NCBI GenBank assembly: GCA_040081625.1
Contig: JBEBGD010000007.1
Location: forward strand, 39,526-103,525
DNA: 64,000 nucleotides
DNA from: Chthoniobacteraceae bacterium
GTDB lineage: Bacteria > Verrucomicrobiota > Verrucomicrobiia > Chthoniobacterales > Chthoniobacteraceae
Direction: 5' to 3'
Positions 1 through 8,758 of the stretch are shown piece by piece; the first letter of the stretch is position 1, and each line of letters opens with the position of its first letter. The translations under genes were made by a program, and so were the position numbers. The notes under the pieces are model-generated. The model was not told the origin of the DNA. It made no database searches and was given only the letters and a program-made list of their open reading frames with translations.

Positions 1-1
1 G

Positions 2-868
2 CTCGCCGCGCTGGATGCTCAGCCATTCCGGGAAGCTCGTCATGAAGTGCGAGCCCGGCACCACCGTGCGCATCCGCTGCTCGACGTAGGCCGCGCCGAA
101 TGGCACCGGCAGCCACAGGAACTGCGAGAGGTAAGGCCCCGTCGTCGCGCCCGGGAGCGCATCGCGAAAGAGCGTCTGTGTGGTGACGGCATTGCCGACT
201 TTCGGGCCGCGGAAATCGGTGCGCGCCGTGAGATCGGCTGTCGCCGCGAGCGCGAGTCCGTCGCCGCCGAATTCCGAGAAAGGCACGTCGCGCAGCAGCG
301 CCATCCAGTAGTTCTCGACGATCTCGCCCGCGATCTGGCTGCTGGCGAACGCAGGCGCCGGCGGAATCGCGAGCGCATGGGAATCGGCGCCCGACACATC
401 GAAGGCGAGCGCCGACTGGGGATTGACGAGCGGGCGCTGCTGACCGGGAACGGTGCTGCCCATCGGGATCGCCTCGAACGCGTCCGGCTTGCCGGACTTG
501 ATCGCGCTGCGCATCGCGTCATACGCCCCCGCATCCACATGCCCGAGTGCGCTATGCGGGAGCCCCTTCGAAAAATTGCCGATGCGCGTGACGTAGAGCT
601 CCTCGTCGTCATTGGTCGGGTGCTCCTTCGCCCGCTCGCGCCGCTGCAATGTCGCGGCGCGCACGCGGATGAGGTGCGCCTTGTTCGCGCGGGAGCGCGA
701 GCCCCGCGGGCCGATCTCCACCGCCACAGCTCCGGTCGGTGCGACCGCGCCTGAGCCGAGCCCGGCGCCGGCCGTCGCGAGCCCGGCGGCGATGCTGCGG
801 GAGAGGAAGGCGCGGCGGTCCAGCGGAAGTTCAGGATTGTCGTCGGGAGAAACGGGTCCGGTGTTCAT
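2..868 (-). CDS. Tat-exported vanadium-dependent haloperoxidase (N-terminal part; runs off the window start)
   Basis: Hand translation from ATG at 868 (not in the ORF track): MNTGPVSPDDNPELPLDRRAFLSRSIAAGLATAG (twin-arginine signal)...RIGNFSKGLPH...RPLVNPQSALAFDVSGADSH...PPAPAFAS...ENYWMALLRDVPF...GPYLSQFLW...EWLSIQRGE. These motifs are typical of algal/cyanobacterial-type vanadium bromoperoxidases. Confidence 0.85.
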   Translation of the reverse strand, partial: MNTGPVSPDDNPELPLDRRAFLSRSIAAGLATAGAGLGSGAVAPTGAVAVEIGPRGSRSRANKAHLIRVRAATLQRRERAKEHPTNDDEELYVTRIGNFSKGLPHSALGHVDAGAYDAMRSAIKSGKPDAFEAIPMGSTVPGQQRPLVNPQSALAFDVSGADSHALAIPPAPAFASSQIAGEIVENYWMALLRDVPFSEFGGDGLALAATADLTARTDFRGPKVGNAVTTQTLFRDALPGATTGPYLSQFLWLPVPFGAAYVEQRMRTVVPGSHFMTSFPEWLSIQRGE

Positions 869-973
869 GGTAGAGAATGGCCGCGGCAACTACGCAGAAA
901 TCGGGCCGCAGCATAGTAACAAAGCTTCGCCCATGACCTTCGCCTCTCGCCGGTTATCATCGGCGACCCCGAC

Positions 974-3900
974 ATGCGCCAGTTCATCGCCCTCAGCCTC
1001 CTCCTCGCCGCCCGCGGTTTGGCCGCGCCCGTCGATTTCACCCGCGAGGTGCAGCCCATCATCTCCGAGAAGTGCTACCACTGCCACGGCCCGGACGAGG
1101 AGGCGCGCAAGGCGAAGCTGCGGCTCGACGTGCGCGACGACGCGCTCCGCGAACGCGACGGCGTCCGCGCGATCGTGCCGGGCAAGCCGGAGCAGAGCGA
1201 CCTGATCGTCCGCGTCAGCTCGAAGGATCCCGACGAAGTGATGCCGCCGCCGAAGGAGCACCACACGCTCACGCCGGCCGAGTGCGACACGCTGCGGCGC
1301 TGGATCGCTGAAGGTGCGACCTACGCGCCGCACTGGGCTTTTGAAAGACCGCGGCAGCCCAAGGGCGCGGGCATCGACGAATTCATCCGCGCCGAACTCG
1401 CGAAGCACAGCCTCGCGCTTTCGCCGGAAGCCGATCGCGCCACCCTCATCCGCCGGCTCTCGCTCGATCTCATCGGGCTGCCGCCGACACCCGCGGAGAC
1501 GCGTTCGTTTGTCGAGGATGCCGCGCCGGATGCGTATGCGCGCGCGGTGGATCGGCTGCTCGCGTCGCCGCATTTCGGCGAACGCTGGGCGCGCATGTGG
1601 CTCGATCTCGCGCGCTACGCGGACTCGAGCGGTTACGGCTCGGACTTCGTCCGGCTAAACGTCTGGCCGTGGCGCGACTGGGTCATCAGCGCGTTCAATG
1701 CGAACAAGCCGTTCGATCAGTTCACAATCGAGCAGGTCGCCGGCGATCTGATTCCGGACGCGACGCGCGAACAGATTGTCGCGACCGGCTTCCACCGCAA
1801 CACGATGACCAACTTCGAGGGCGGCACGCCCGACGAGGAATACCGCGTGGCCGCGGTGAAGGATCGTGTGGGGACCACGATGCAAGTCTGGATGGGCCTC
1901 ACGGCCAACTGCGCGCAGTGCCACACTCACAAATTCGATCCTCTCTCGCAGCACGAATACTACTCGCTCTTCGCCGTCTTCGACCAGACCGAGGACGCCG
2001 ACCGCAATGACGAGGAGCCGAAGATGCCGCTGCCGACCGACGCCGAAATCAAGCGCACCGCCGAGCTGAACGCGCGCATCGCCGCGCTCGACACGAAGCT
2101 CAAGACGAGGACACCCGAGATGGAAGCCGAGTTCACGACCTGGCTCGCGGCGCCGGAGCGGAAGATCGAGTGGGTGCCGCTCGCCGCGGACGGGAGGACT
2201 TCGCTGCGCAAGATCACCGCGCTGCGCGTGGATGGATCGACTGTGCCGGCGGGGCTGAAGATCACCGCGCGCCCGGTCGAGCCCACGACTGGCAGCGCGC
2301 GCTACGTGCGCATCGAGCACAGTGCCGGCAAGCTCCTCCAGATCGCCGAGGTGCAGGTCTTCGCCGGTGGCGAAAACATCGCGCCGCGCGGCAAGGCGAA
2401 GCAGTCCTCGACCTACGCCGACGCCGCCGCGAGCCGCGCGATCGACGGGAAGACCGACGGCGAATACGCGAAGGGCTCGGTCGCGCATACCGCCGATGGC
2501 GACAAGGCGCCGTGGTGGGAACTCGATCTCGGCGCCGCGACGGGCATCGAGCGCGTCGTGTTTTGGAATCGCACCGAAGTCCCGGAGCGCATCAAGGGCG
2601 CGCGGCTCACGGTGCTCGACGAAGCGCGCAAGCCGCTGCTCGCGCGCACGCTCGAAGCCAAGCCGAGCACGACCTTCGACGGCCTCGGCACGATCGACGC
2701 CGTCTTCGCGGTGACGACCGGCGCGACCATCGAGCTAAAGACGCCGCTCGATGTCGGCGGCGACGCGCTGCTCACAATCACGCCCTCCGGGACGCGCATC
2801 AGCATCACCACCGCCGCGCCGCCCGTGCGCGAGATGCCGGCGGCGGTGCGCGAGAAGTTCGAGCGCAAGGAACGCGCGCCGGAGGTGCTCGCGTATTTCC
2901 GCCCGCTCTCGAAGCACGACGCGACGACGAGCAAGGCGCTCGCCGATGCGAAGACGCAGCTCGCCGCGATCAAACCGCTCGCATTCCCGGTCATGCGCGA
3001 GCTGCCGAAGGACAAGCGGCGCACGACCCATGTGCTGACCAAGGGCAACTACACGATGCCCGGCGACGTCGTGACCGCCGCGCTGCCCGCGGCCTTCCAC
3101 AAAGTGCCGGACGGCAGCATCGACCGGCTCGCGCTCGCGAAGTGGATCGTCTCCCGCGAAAACCCGCTTACCGCGCGCGTGGCCGTGAACCGCTTTTGGG
3201 CGCAGCTCTTCGGCACGGGCCTCGTCGAGAGCGAGGAGGACTTCGGCACGCAGGGCACGCTGCCTTCGCATCCCGAGTTGCTCGACTGGCTCGCGATCGA
3301 CTTCATGCGCGACTGGGATGTGAAGCGCGCGCTCAAGCTCATCGTGAGCAGCGCGACCTACCGGCAGAGCGCGAAGGTGACGCCCGCTCTTCTCGCCAAG
3401 GATCCGCGCAACCAACTGCTCTCGCGCTACCCGCGCCGCCGGCTCGGTGCCGAGGAAATCCGCGACTCGGCGCTTTCGGTGTCCGGGCTGCTCAGCCACA
3501 AGCTCGGCGGACCGAGCGTCTATCCGCCGCAGCCCGACGGGCTGTGGAATGTCGCGTTCAACGGCGGGCAGAACAAATACGAGACCAGCACGGGCGGGGA
3601 CCGCTACCGGCGAGGGCTCTACACCTTCTGGCGCCGCACGATGCCGAACCCGACGATGGCCACCTTCGACGCGCCGAGCCGCGAGACCTGCACGCTCCGC
3701 CGCGTGCCGACGAATACGCCGCTGCAAGCGTTCGTGATGCTGAACGATCCGGTCTTCGTCGAATGCGCGCAGGCGCTCGCGCGGCGGATCATGCGCGATG
3801 GCGGTCGTGAGACGGACGCGCGCATTCGTTTCGGTCTCGAAGTCGTCCTCGGGCGCGCCGCCGACGCGAAGCAAATCGCGCCGCTTCGCAAGCTGCTCGA

Positions 3901-4063
3901 CGCCGAGCTCGCGAAATACAAACAGACGCCCGGCGACGCCCTCACGCTGGCGACCAAGCCGCTCGGCCCCCTGCCCTCCGGCGTCGATCCGGTCGAAGCC
4001 GCCGCGTGGACCGCCGTCGCCAACGTGCTGCTCAACCTCGACGCCGTCCTCACGAGGAGCTGA
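974..4063 (+). CDS. PSD1/DUF1549 + DUF1553 planctomycete cytochrome c domain protein with an inserted F-type lectin-like domain
   Basis: Signal peptide; [81 protein letters not shown]. Confidence 0.92.
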   Translation: MRQFIALSLLLAARGLAAPVDFTREVQPIISEKCYHCHGPDEEARKAKLRLDVRDDALRERDGVRAIVPGKPEQSDLIVRVSSKDPDEVMPPPKEHHTLTPAECDTLRRWIAEGATYAPHWAFERPRQPKGAGIDEFIRAELAKHSLALSPEADRATLIRRLSLDLIGLPPTPAETRSFVEDAAPDAYARAVDRLLASPHFGERWARMWLDLARYADSSGYGSDFVRLNVWPWRDWVISAFNANKPFDQFTIEQVAGDLIPDATREQIVATGFHRNTMTNFEGGTPDEEYRVAAVKDRVGTTMQVWMGLTANCAQCHTHKFDPLSQHEYYSLFAVFDQTEDADRNDEEPKMPLPTDAEIKRTAELNARIAALDTKLKTRTPEMEAEFTTWLAAPERKIEWVPLAADGRTSLRKITALRVDGSTVPAGLKITARPVEPTTGSARYVRIEHSAGKLLQIAEVQVFAGGENIAPRGKAKQSSTYADAAASRAIDGKTDGEYAKGSVAHTADGDKAPWWELDLGAATGIERVVFWNRTEVPERIKGARLTVLDEARKPLLARTLEAKPSTTFDGLGTIDAVFAVTTGATIELKTPLDVGGDALLTITPSGTRISITTAAPPVREMPAAVREKFERKERAPEVLAYFRPLSKHDATTSKALADAKTQLAAIKPLAFPVMRELPKDKRRTTHVLTKGNYTMPGDVVTAALPAAFHKVPDGSIDRLALAKWIVSRENPLTARVAVNRFWAQLFGTGLVESEEDFGTQGTLPSHPELLDWLAIDFMRDWDVKRALKLIVSSATYRQSAKVTPALLAKDPRNQLLSRYPRRRLGAEEIRDSALSVSGLLSHKLGGPSVYPPQPDGLWNVAFNGGQNKYETSTGGDRYRRGLYTFWRRTMPNPTMATFDAPSRETCTLRRVPTNTPLQAFVMLNDPVFVECAQALARRIMRDGGRETDARIRFGLEVVLGRAADAKQIAPLRKLLDAELAKYKQTPGDALTLATKPLGPLPSGVDPVEAAAWTAVANVLLNLDAVLTRS

Positions 4064-4092
4064 TGAGATCATCCCGCCGTCGCGCTCATCCC

Positions 4093-4286
4093 GGTCGCGG
4101 AGCGACCAGCGAAAATAGCCCGGCACTTCAGTGCCGGGTGGGACGTCTCTCGCGGACACGTCGCGGAGCGACGATTGGCCTTGCCCGCCCGGCGCGATCA
4201 ACCGTCGCTACGCGACGCATCCTCCGGTCGGGGAGCCGTCCCGGCACTAAAGTGCCGGGCTACGCTCGGGCGTTCGCTCCGCGAAC
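4093..4286. repeat. REP/REPIN-like nested palindromic intergenic element (copy 1)
   Basis: Hairpins at 4093-4107, 4119-4138 (CCCGGCACTTCAGTGCCGGG) and 4159-4173, mirrored by 4203-4217, 4240-4259 and 4272-4286. Confidence 0.8.
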
Positions 4287-4332
4287 TGTTTCGAGCGCCA
4301 CTGAGTCTTCTCCCGCTCGCGATTCTTAACCG

Positions 4333-5763
4333 ATGAACCCGCACCTTGCCCACACCCGCCGCCAGTTCCTCCACGACGCCTCGCGCTTCAGCCTCGGTGC
4401 CATCGCGCTCGAGTCGCTCCGCGCACACGGCGCGAATGTCGTGAACCCGCTCGCGCCGAAGCCCGCGCCGCTGCCGTCGAAAGTGAAGTCGGTCATCTAC
4501 CTCTCGATGTCCGGCGCGCCGCCGCAGCACGATCTCTTCGATTGGAAGCCGGAGCTCAAGGCGCACAACAAGGAGGACTGCCCGGAGAAGTTCATGCAGG
4601 GCGAGAAGTTCGCCTTCATCAAGGGGACGCCGAAGCTGCTCGGCACGCCGCACGAGTTCAAGCAACACGGTCAGAGCGGCGCGTGGGTCAGCTCGATGCT
4701 CCCGCACTTCACGAAGATCGCTGACGACGTGACGATCGTGAAGTCGATGAACACCGATCAGTTCAACCACGCGCCGGCGGAGCTGTTCATCTACACGGGC
4801 TCGCCGCGCAACGGCGGTGCGTCCATGGGCTCGTGGGTGACGTATGGGCTGGGGAGTGAAAACCAGGACCTGCCCGGCTTTGTCGTGCTGCTCAGCGGCG
4901 GCACCGATCCGACCGGCGGCAAGGCGTGCTGGGGCACGGGATTTCTGCCCGGCGTTTTTCAAGGCGTGCAGTGCCGCGCGGTCGGCGACCCGATCCTCTT
5001 CGCCGGCGATCCCGCGGGCATGAGTCGCGACACGCGCCGCCGCACGCTCGACGCGCTGCGCACGCTGAATGAGGCCGAGGCCGCGGCCTTCGGCGACCCG
5101 GAGACGCTCACCCGCATCTCGCAATACGAACTCGCCTACCGGATGCAGCTCGCGGTGCCTGAGGTGTTCGACTTGAAAAAGGAACCGAAGGAGATGCTCG
5201 ACTTCTACGGCGCGGAGCCGGGGAAAGGATCGTTTGCCAACAACTGCGTGCTCGCGCGGCGGCTCGTCGAGAATGGCGTGCGCTTCGTGCAGCTCTTCGA
5301 CTGGGGCTGGGACATGCACGGCACGGGCGAATCGAACGACCTGCTCAAGGGTCTCCCGCGCAAGTGCGCCGATGTCGATCAAGCCTGCGCCGCGCTCGTG
5401 CTCGACCTCAAGCAGCGCGGCTTGCTCGACAGCACGCTCGTCGTGTGGGGCGGCGAATTCGGCCGCACGCCGATGAACGAGGAGCGTGGCGGCAGCAAGT
5501 TCCTCGGCCGCGATCACCACCCGCATTGCTTCACGATGTGGATGGCCGGCGCCGGCGTGAAGAAAGGCTACTCCCACGGCGCGACCGACGAGCTGGGCTA
5601 CCGGGTGGCCGAGGGCAAGGTGACCGTGCGCGATTTGCAGGCGACGGTGATGCATCTGCTCGGCTTCGATCCCTACAAGTTCAGCTATCGCTATCAAGGC
5701 CTGAACAACCGGCTCATCGGCCCGACCAATGAAGGCAGGATCGCGAAGGCGCTGCTGGCGTAA
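4333..5763 (+). CDS. DUF1501 family protein (sulfatase-like fold, Tat-like RRQFL start)
   Basis: TRRQFL; SVIYLSMSGAPPQHDLFDWKP; LARRLVENGVRFVQL; WGGEFGRTP; GRDHHP; the usual partner of PSD1 proteins. Confidence 0.92.
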   Translation: MNPHLAHTRRQFLHDASRFSLGAIALESLRAHGANVVNPLAPKPAPLPSKVKSVIYLSMSGAPPQHDLFDWKPELKAHNKEDCPEKFMQGEKFAFIKGTPKLLGTPHEFKQHGQSGAWVSSMLPHFTKIADDVTIVKSMNTDQFNHAPAELFIYTGSPRNGGASMGSWVTYGLGSENQDLPGFVVLLSGGTDPTGGKACWGTGFLPGVFQGVQCRAVGDPILFAGDPAGMSRDTRRRTLDALRTLNEAEAAAFGDPETLTRISQYELAYRMQLAVPEVFDLKKEPKEMLDFYGAEPGKGSFANNCVLARRLVENGVRFVQLFDWGWDMHGTGESNDLLKGLPRKCADVDQACAALVLDLKQRGLLDSTLVVWGGEFGRTPMNEERGGSKFLGRDHHPHCFTMWMAGAGVKKGYSHGATDELGYRVAEGKVTVRDLQATVMHLLGFDPYKFSYRYQGLNNRLIGPTNEGRIAKALLA

Positions 5764-5811
5764 CGCCCGCTTGCAAACACGGTAGGAGTGCCGGAAAGGT
5801 TTTATCACCCG

Positions 5812-8709
5812 ATGAACCGCGCCCTCCATCTTCCCCGCATCGAACCCCTCGAGGCGCGCATCGCCCCCGCGACCTTCACTTTCAATGACACCGACGGCGC
5901 CGCGGTGATCGTGACCACGAACAAGGGCAGCGACGCCGACCTCGCGCAGGTCGTCAAGCTGGCAGCGGAAGGCGTGGGCTTCGAACTGCAGGAAATCCGG
6001 CTGAGCGAACTCGCGTCCGTTTTCCAAGGCACGAACCTCACGGTGCTCAAGGGCACGGCGGATGACGCGCCGGTGGCGAATGTCGGCTACCTCAATGCGA
6101 CTGGCGTGAGCATCGGCACCGTGCTGATCGACGGCGACCTCGCGCAGATCGACGCGGGCACGACGACCACCGGCACGATCAACAGCCAGGCCGTGCAAAT
6201 CGGCTCGGGCACCGCGGTGAAAAAGCTCACGGTCGGCACGTTCGGCGCGCAGGGGCTCGCGACGCAAGACGCCGGCACCGCGAGCCTCGACAGCCTCATC
6301 ATCGGCAAGCTCGGTTCGCTCACCGTCGCTGGCGATTTCAAGGATGCCGCGCTCACCGTCTATGGCGCCTTCCCAGACACCGATCCGATGGTCAGCGACC
6401 GCTTCGATTCCCGCGGGCGGATCGGCGACATCTTCATCGGCGGCGATCTCATCGGCGGCAGCACGGCGCGCGCGGGGTCCATCTACGCGAGAGGCATCAT
6501 CGGCGACCTGAAAGTCGTCGGCAGCATTCTCGGCGGCGTCGGCGACGACAGCGGCTCCGTCATCAGCGAACGCGACCTGGGCAAGGTCGATATCGGCGGC
6601 GATCTCAAGGGCGGCATCCTCTCCGGGCCGGGCACGGCAGACCGCGCCGGGCGCGTCTTCTCCGGCGGCGTCATGGGTTCGGTGAAGATCACCGGCAAGC
6701 TCATCGGCGGCGATGGCATCGAGAGCGGCAACGTCTCCAGCGCCACCCGACTCGGCGCGCTCACCATCGGCGGCATCGTCGGCGGCGCGGGGGCGAAGTC
6801 CGGCGCGGTCGGCACCGGCGGCAATATCGGCAAGATCGCGGTCCTCGGCGACATCATGGGCGGCATGGGCGACTTCTCCGCGCTGATCGCCGCCAGCGGC
6901 GGCATCTCGAGCGCGCGCGTCGAGGGCAACCTCATCGGCAACGACGGCTTTCAGAGCGGCGCGATCGGCAGCTTCAAGCCCTTCGGCGCCATCACCATCA
7001 CCGGCAATATCATGGGCGGCGTGGGCCAGCTCTCAGGCGTCATCATCAGCGCCACCACCATCAAGAGCGTCTCCGTGCTCGGCAGCGTCATCGGCGGCGG
7101 CGGCGAAGAGAGCGGCGCTATCGGCTGCGGCGGCGTGCTCGGGCCGGTGAGCATCGGCGTGGACATCATGGGCGGCGCAGGCTTGCGCAGCGGCGCCGTC
7201 GTCGGCGGCACGAACGCCACGAAGGTCACCGTCACCGGCTCGGTCATCGGCGGCGGCGGCGATCAATCCGGCACGGTCTTCAGCAACGGCGACCTCGGCA
7301 TCATCACCATCGGCGGAAATGTCGATGGCGGCCCGATCAGCGCCATGACCCCCGGCGACGACGCGGGCTCGATCAACGCCGCGGGCTCGATCAAGCGCGT
7401 GACGATCGCCGGCAGCCTCATCGGCTCCGACGGCGAGAGCAGCGGCACCGTGCAGAGCACGCTCGACCTCGGCACCGTCAGCGTCGGCACCGATCTCATG
7501 GGCGGCACCGGCGTCTTCTCCGGCTCGATCATCAGCGGCGGAAAAATCGCGCGCGTGACGGTGACCGGCAGCGTGCTCGGCGGGCGGGGCGACAACAGCG
7601 CGAGCATCGAGAGCGACGGCGACGGCGAAGCCGGCGACATGGGAACGATCGTCATCGGCGCGCAACTTCGCGGCGGCGATGGCGACGGCTCAGGCGCGGT
7701 CTTCAGCTCCGGCGCACTAGCGAAACTAACCGTCGGCAGCATCCTGGGCGGGCTCGGCATCGGCTCCGGCGCAGTCAGCAGCGATTCCGACATGGGCGCC
7801 GTGCTCGTGAACGGCGACGTGCAGGGCGGCACCGGCGACGAAGCCGGAAAAATCTTCACCGCAGGCAAACTCAGGAGCCTCACCATCACCGGCTCCCTGC
7901 TCGGCGACGACGGTCGCTTCGACACCACGATCGCGGCGAACGCCTCGCTCGGCCAGATCTACAGCGCCGACGCGATGGGCGCCGTGAAGATCGCCGGCGG
8001 CGTCATCGGCGGCGGCGGCGCATTCTCCGCGCAGATCCGCGGCGCATCGATCACGAGCGTCGCCATCGGCGGCGACCTCACCGGCACCGGCCCCGCGACG
8101 GCGTCGATCGTCGCCGAGGAAAGCAACCTCGGCGCCGTCAGCATCGGCGGCACCTTCACGCCCGCACTCGGCTCGCAGATCAGCGCGCAGGGCAAGCTCG
8201 CGTCGGTGCTCGTCGGCGACCTCGCCGGCTCGGTCAACACGCGCGGCGCCATCACCGCCGGCACCAGCATCGGCAAAATCACGATCGCCGGTTCGGTCGG
8301 GTTCTTCGACATCCTCGCCGGATACGACGTGGACTTCGCTCCGCTCCCCGGCACGGCGACGATCGGCCGCGTCATCATCGGGACGACCGGCGCGGGCAAC
8401 TGGCAGGCCACCAATCTCGTCGCCGGCGCCATCCCCGGCGGGGACGGTTTATTCGGCACTGGCGACGACGCCCTCATCGGAACGGAGAATGCCTCAGCCG
8501 GATCGGGGATCGACTCCGTCATCATCAATGGCACGGTCAGTTCGTCGCCAGTGGTCGCCCACTTCGGGATCGTCTCCGCGAGGATCAGCTCCGTGAAGGT
8601 CGGCACCACCACGATCGCGCTCACCGGCGGCGGGGATGTCATCGACATCAACGGCGGCGGCGGCCTTCCGACCGATCTCACCGTCCGGGAAATCGTCCCG
8701 CCCACGTAG
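5812..8709 (+). CDS. Gly-rich 26-aa repeat (probable beta-helix) surface protein with a LEPR-like N-terminal motif
   Basis: RIEPLEARIAPA at the N-terminus; about 20 repeats of consensus G-x-I-x-S-x-G-x-I-G-x-V-x-I-x-G-x-L-I-G-G-x-G-x-x-S; ATG 5812 preferred to GTG 5788. Confidence 0.8.
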   Translation: MNRALHLPRIEPLEARIAPATFTFNDTDGAAVIVTTNKGSDADLAQVVKLAAEGVGFELQEIRLSELASVFQGTNLTVLKGTADDAPVANVGYLNATGVSIGTVLIDGDLAQIDAGTTTTGTINSQAVQIGSGTAVKKLTVGTFGAQGLATQDAGTASLDSLIIGKLGSLTVAGDFKDAALTVYGAFPDTDPMVSDRFDSRGRIGDIFIGGDLIGGSTARAGSIYARGIIGDLKVVGSILGGVGDDSGSVISERDLGKVDIGGDLKGGILSGPGTADRAGRVFSGGVMGSVKITGKLIGGDGIESGNVSSATRLGALTIGGIVGGAGAKSGAVGTGGNIGKIAVLGDIMGGMGDFSALIAASGGISSARVEGNLIGNDGFQSGAIGSFKPFGAITITGNIMGGVGQLSGVIISATTIKSVSVLGSVIGGGGEESGAIGCGGVLGPVSIGVDIMGGAGLRSGAVVGGTNATKVTVTGSVIGGGGDQSGTVFSNGDLGIITIGGNVDGGPISAMTPGDDAGSINAAGSIKRVTIAGSLIGSDGESSGTVQSTLDLGTVSVGTDLMGGTGVFSGSIISGGKIARVTVTGSVLGGRGDNSASIESDGDGEAGDMGTIVIGAQLRGGDGDGSGAVFSSGALAKLTVGSILGGLGIGSGAVSSDSDMGAVLVNGDVQGGTGDEAGKIFTAGKLRSLTITGSLLGDDGRFDTTIAANASLGQIYSADAMGAVKIAGGVIGGGGAFSAQIRGASITSVAIGGDLTGTGPATASIVAEESNLGAVSIGGTFTPALGSQISAQGKLASVLVGDLAGSVNTRGAITAGTSIGKITIAGSVGFFDILAGYDVDFAPLPGTATIGRVIIGTTGAGNWQATNLVAGAIPGGDGLFGTGDDALIGTENASAGSGIDSVIINGTVSSSPVVAHFGIVSARISSVKVGTTTIALTGGGDVIDINGGGGLPTDLTVREIVPPT

Positions 8710-8758
8710 GTCTGAGCAGCTAAGATCGCCCACGGCCGTAAGCTTTACCGCACTGCCG

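Noticed and set aside
40..754. Track ORFs 40..612(-) and 47..754(+)
   Set aside because: Arg/Ala-rich shadow frames of the haloperoxidase, which is in a third frame running off the window.
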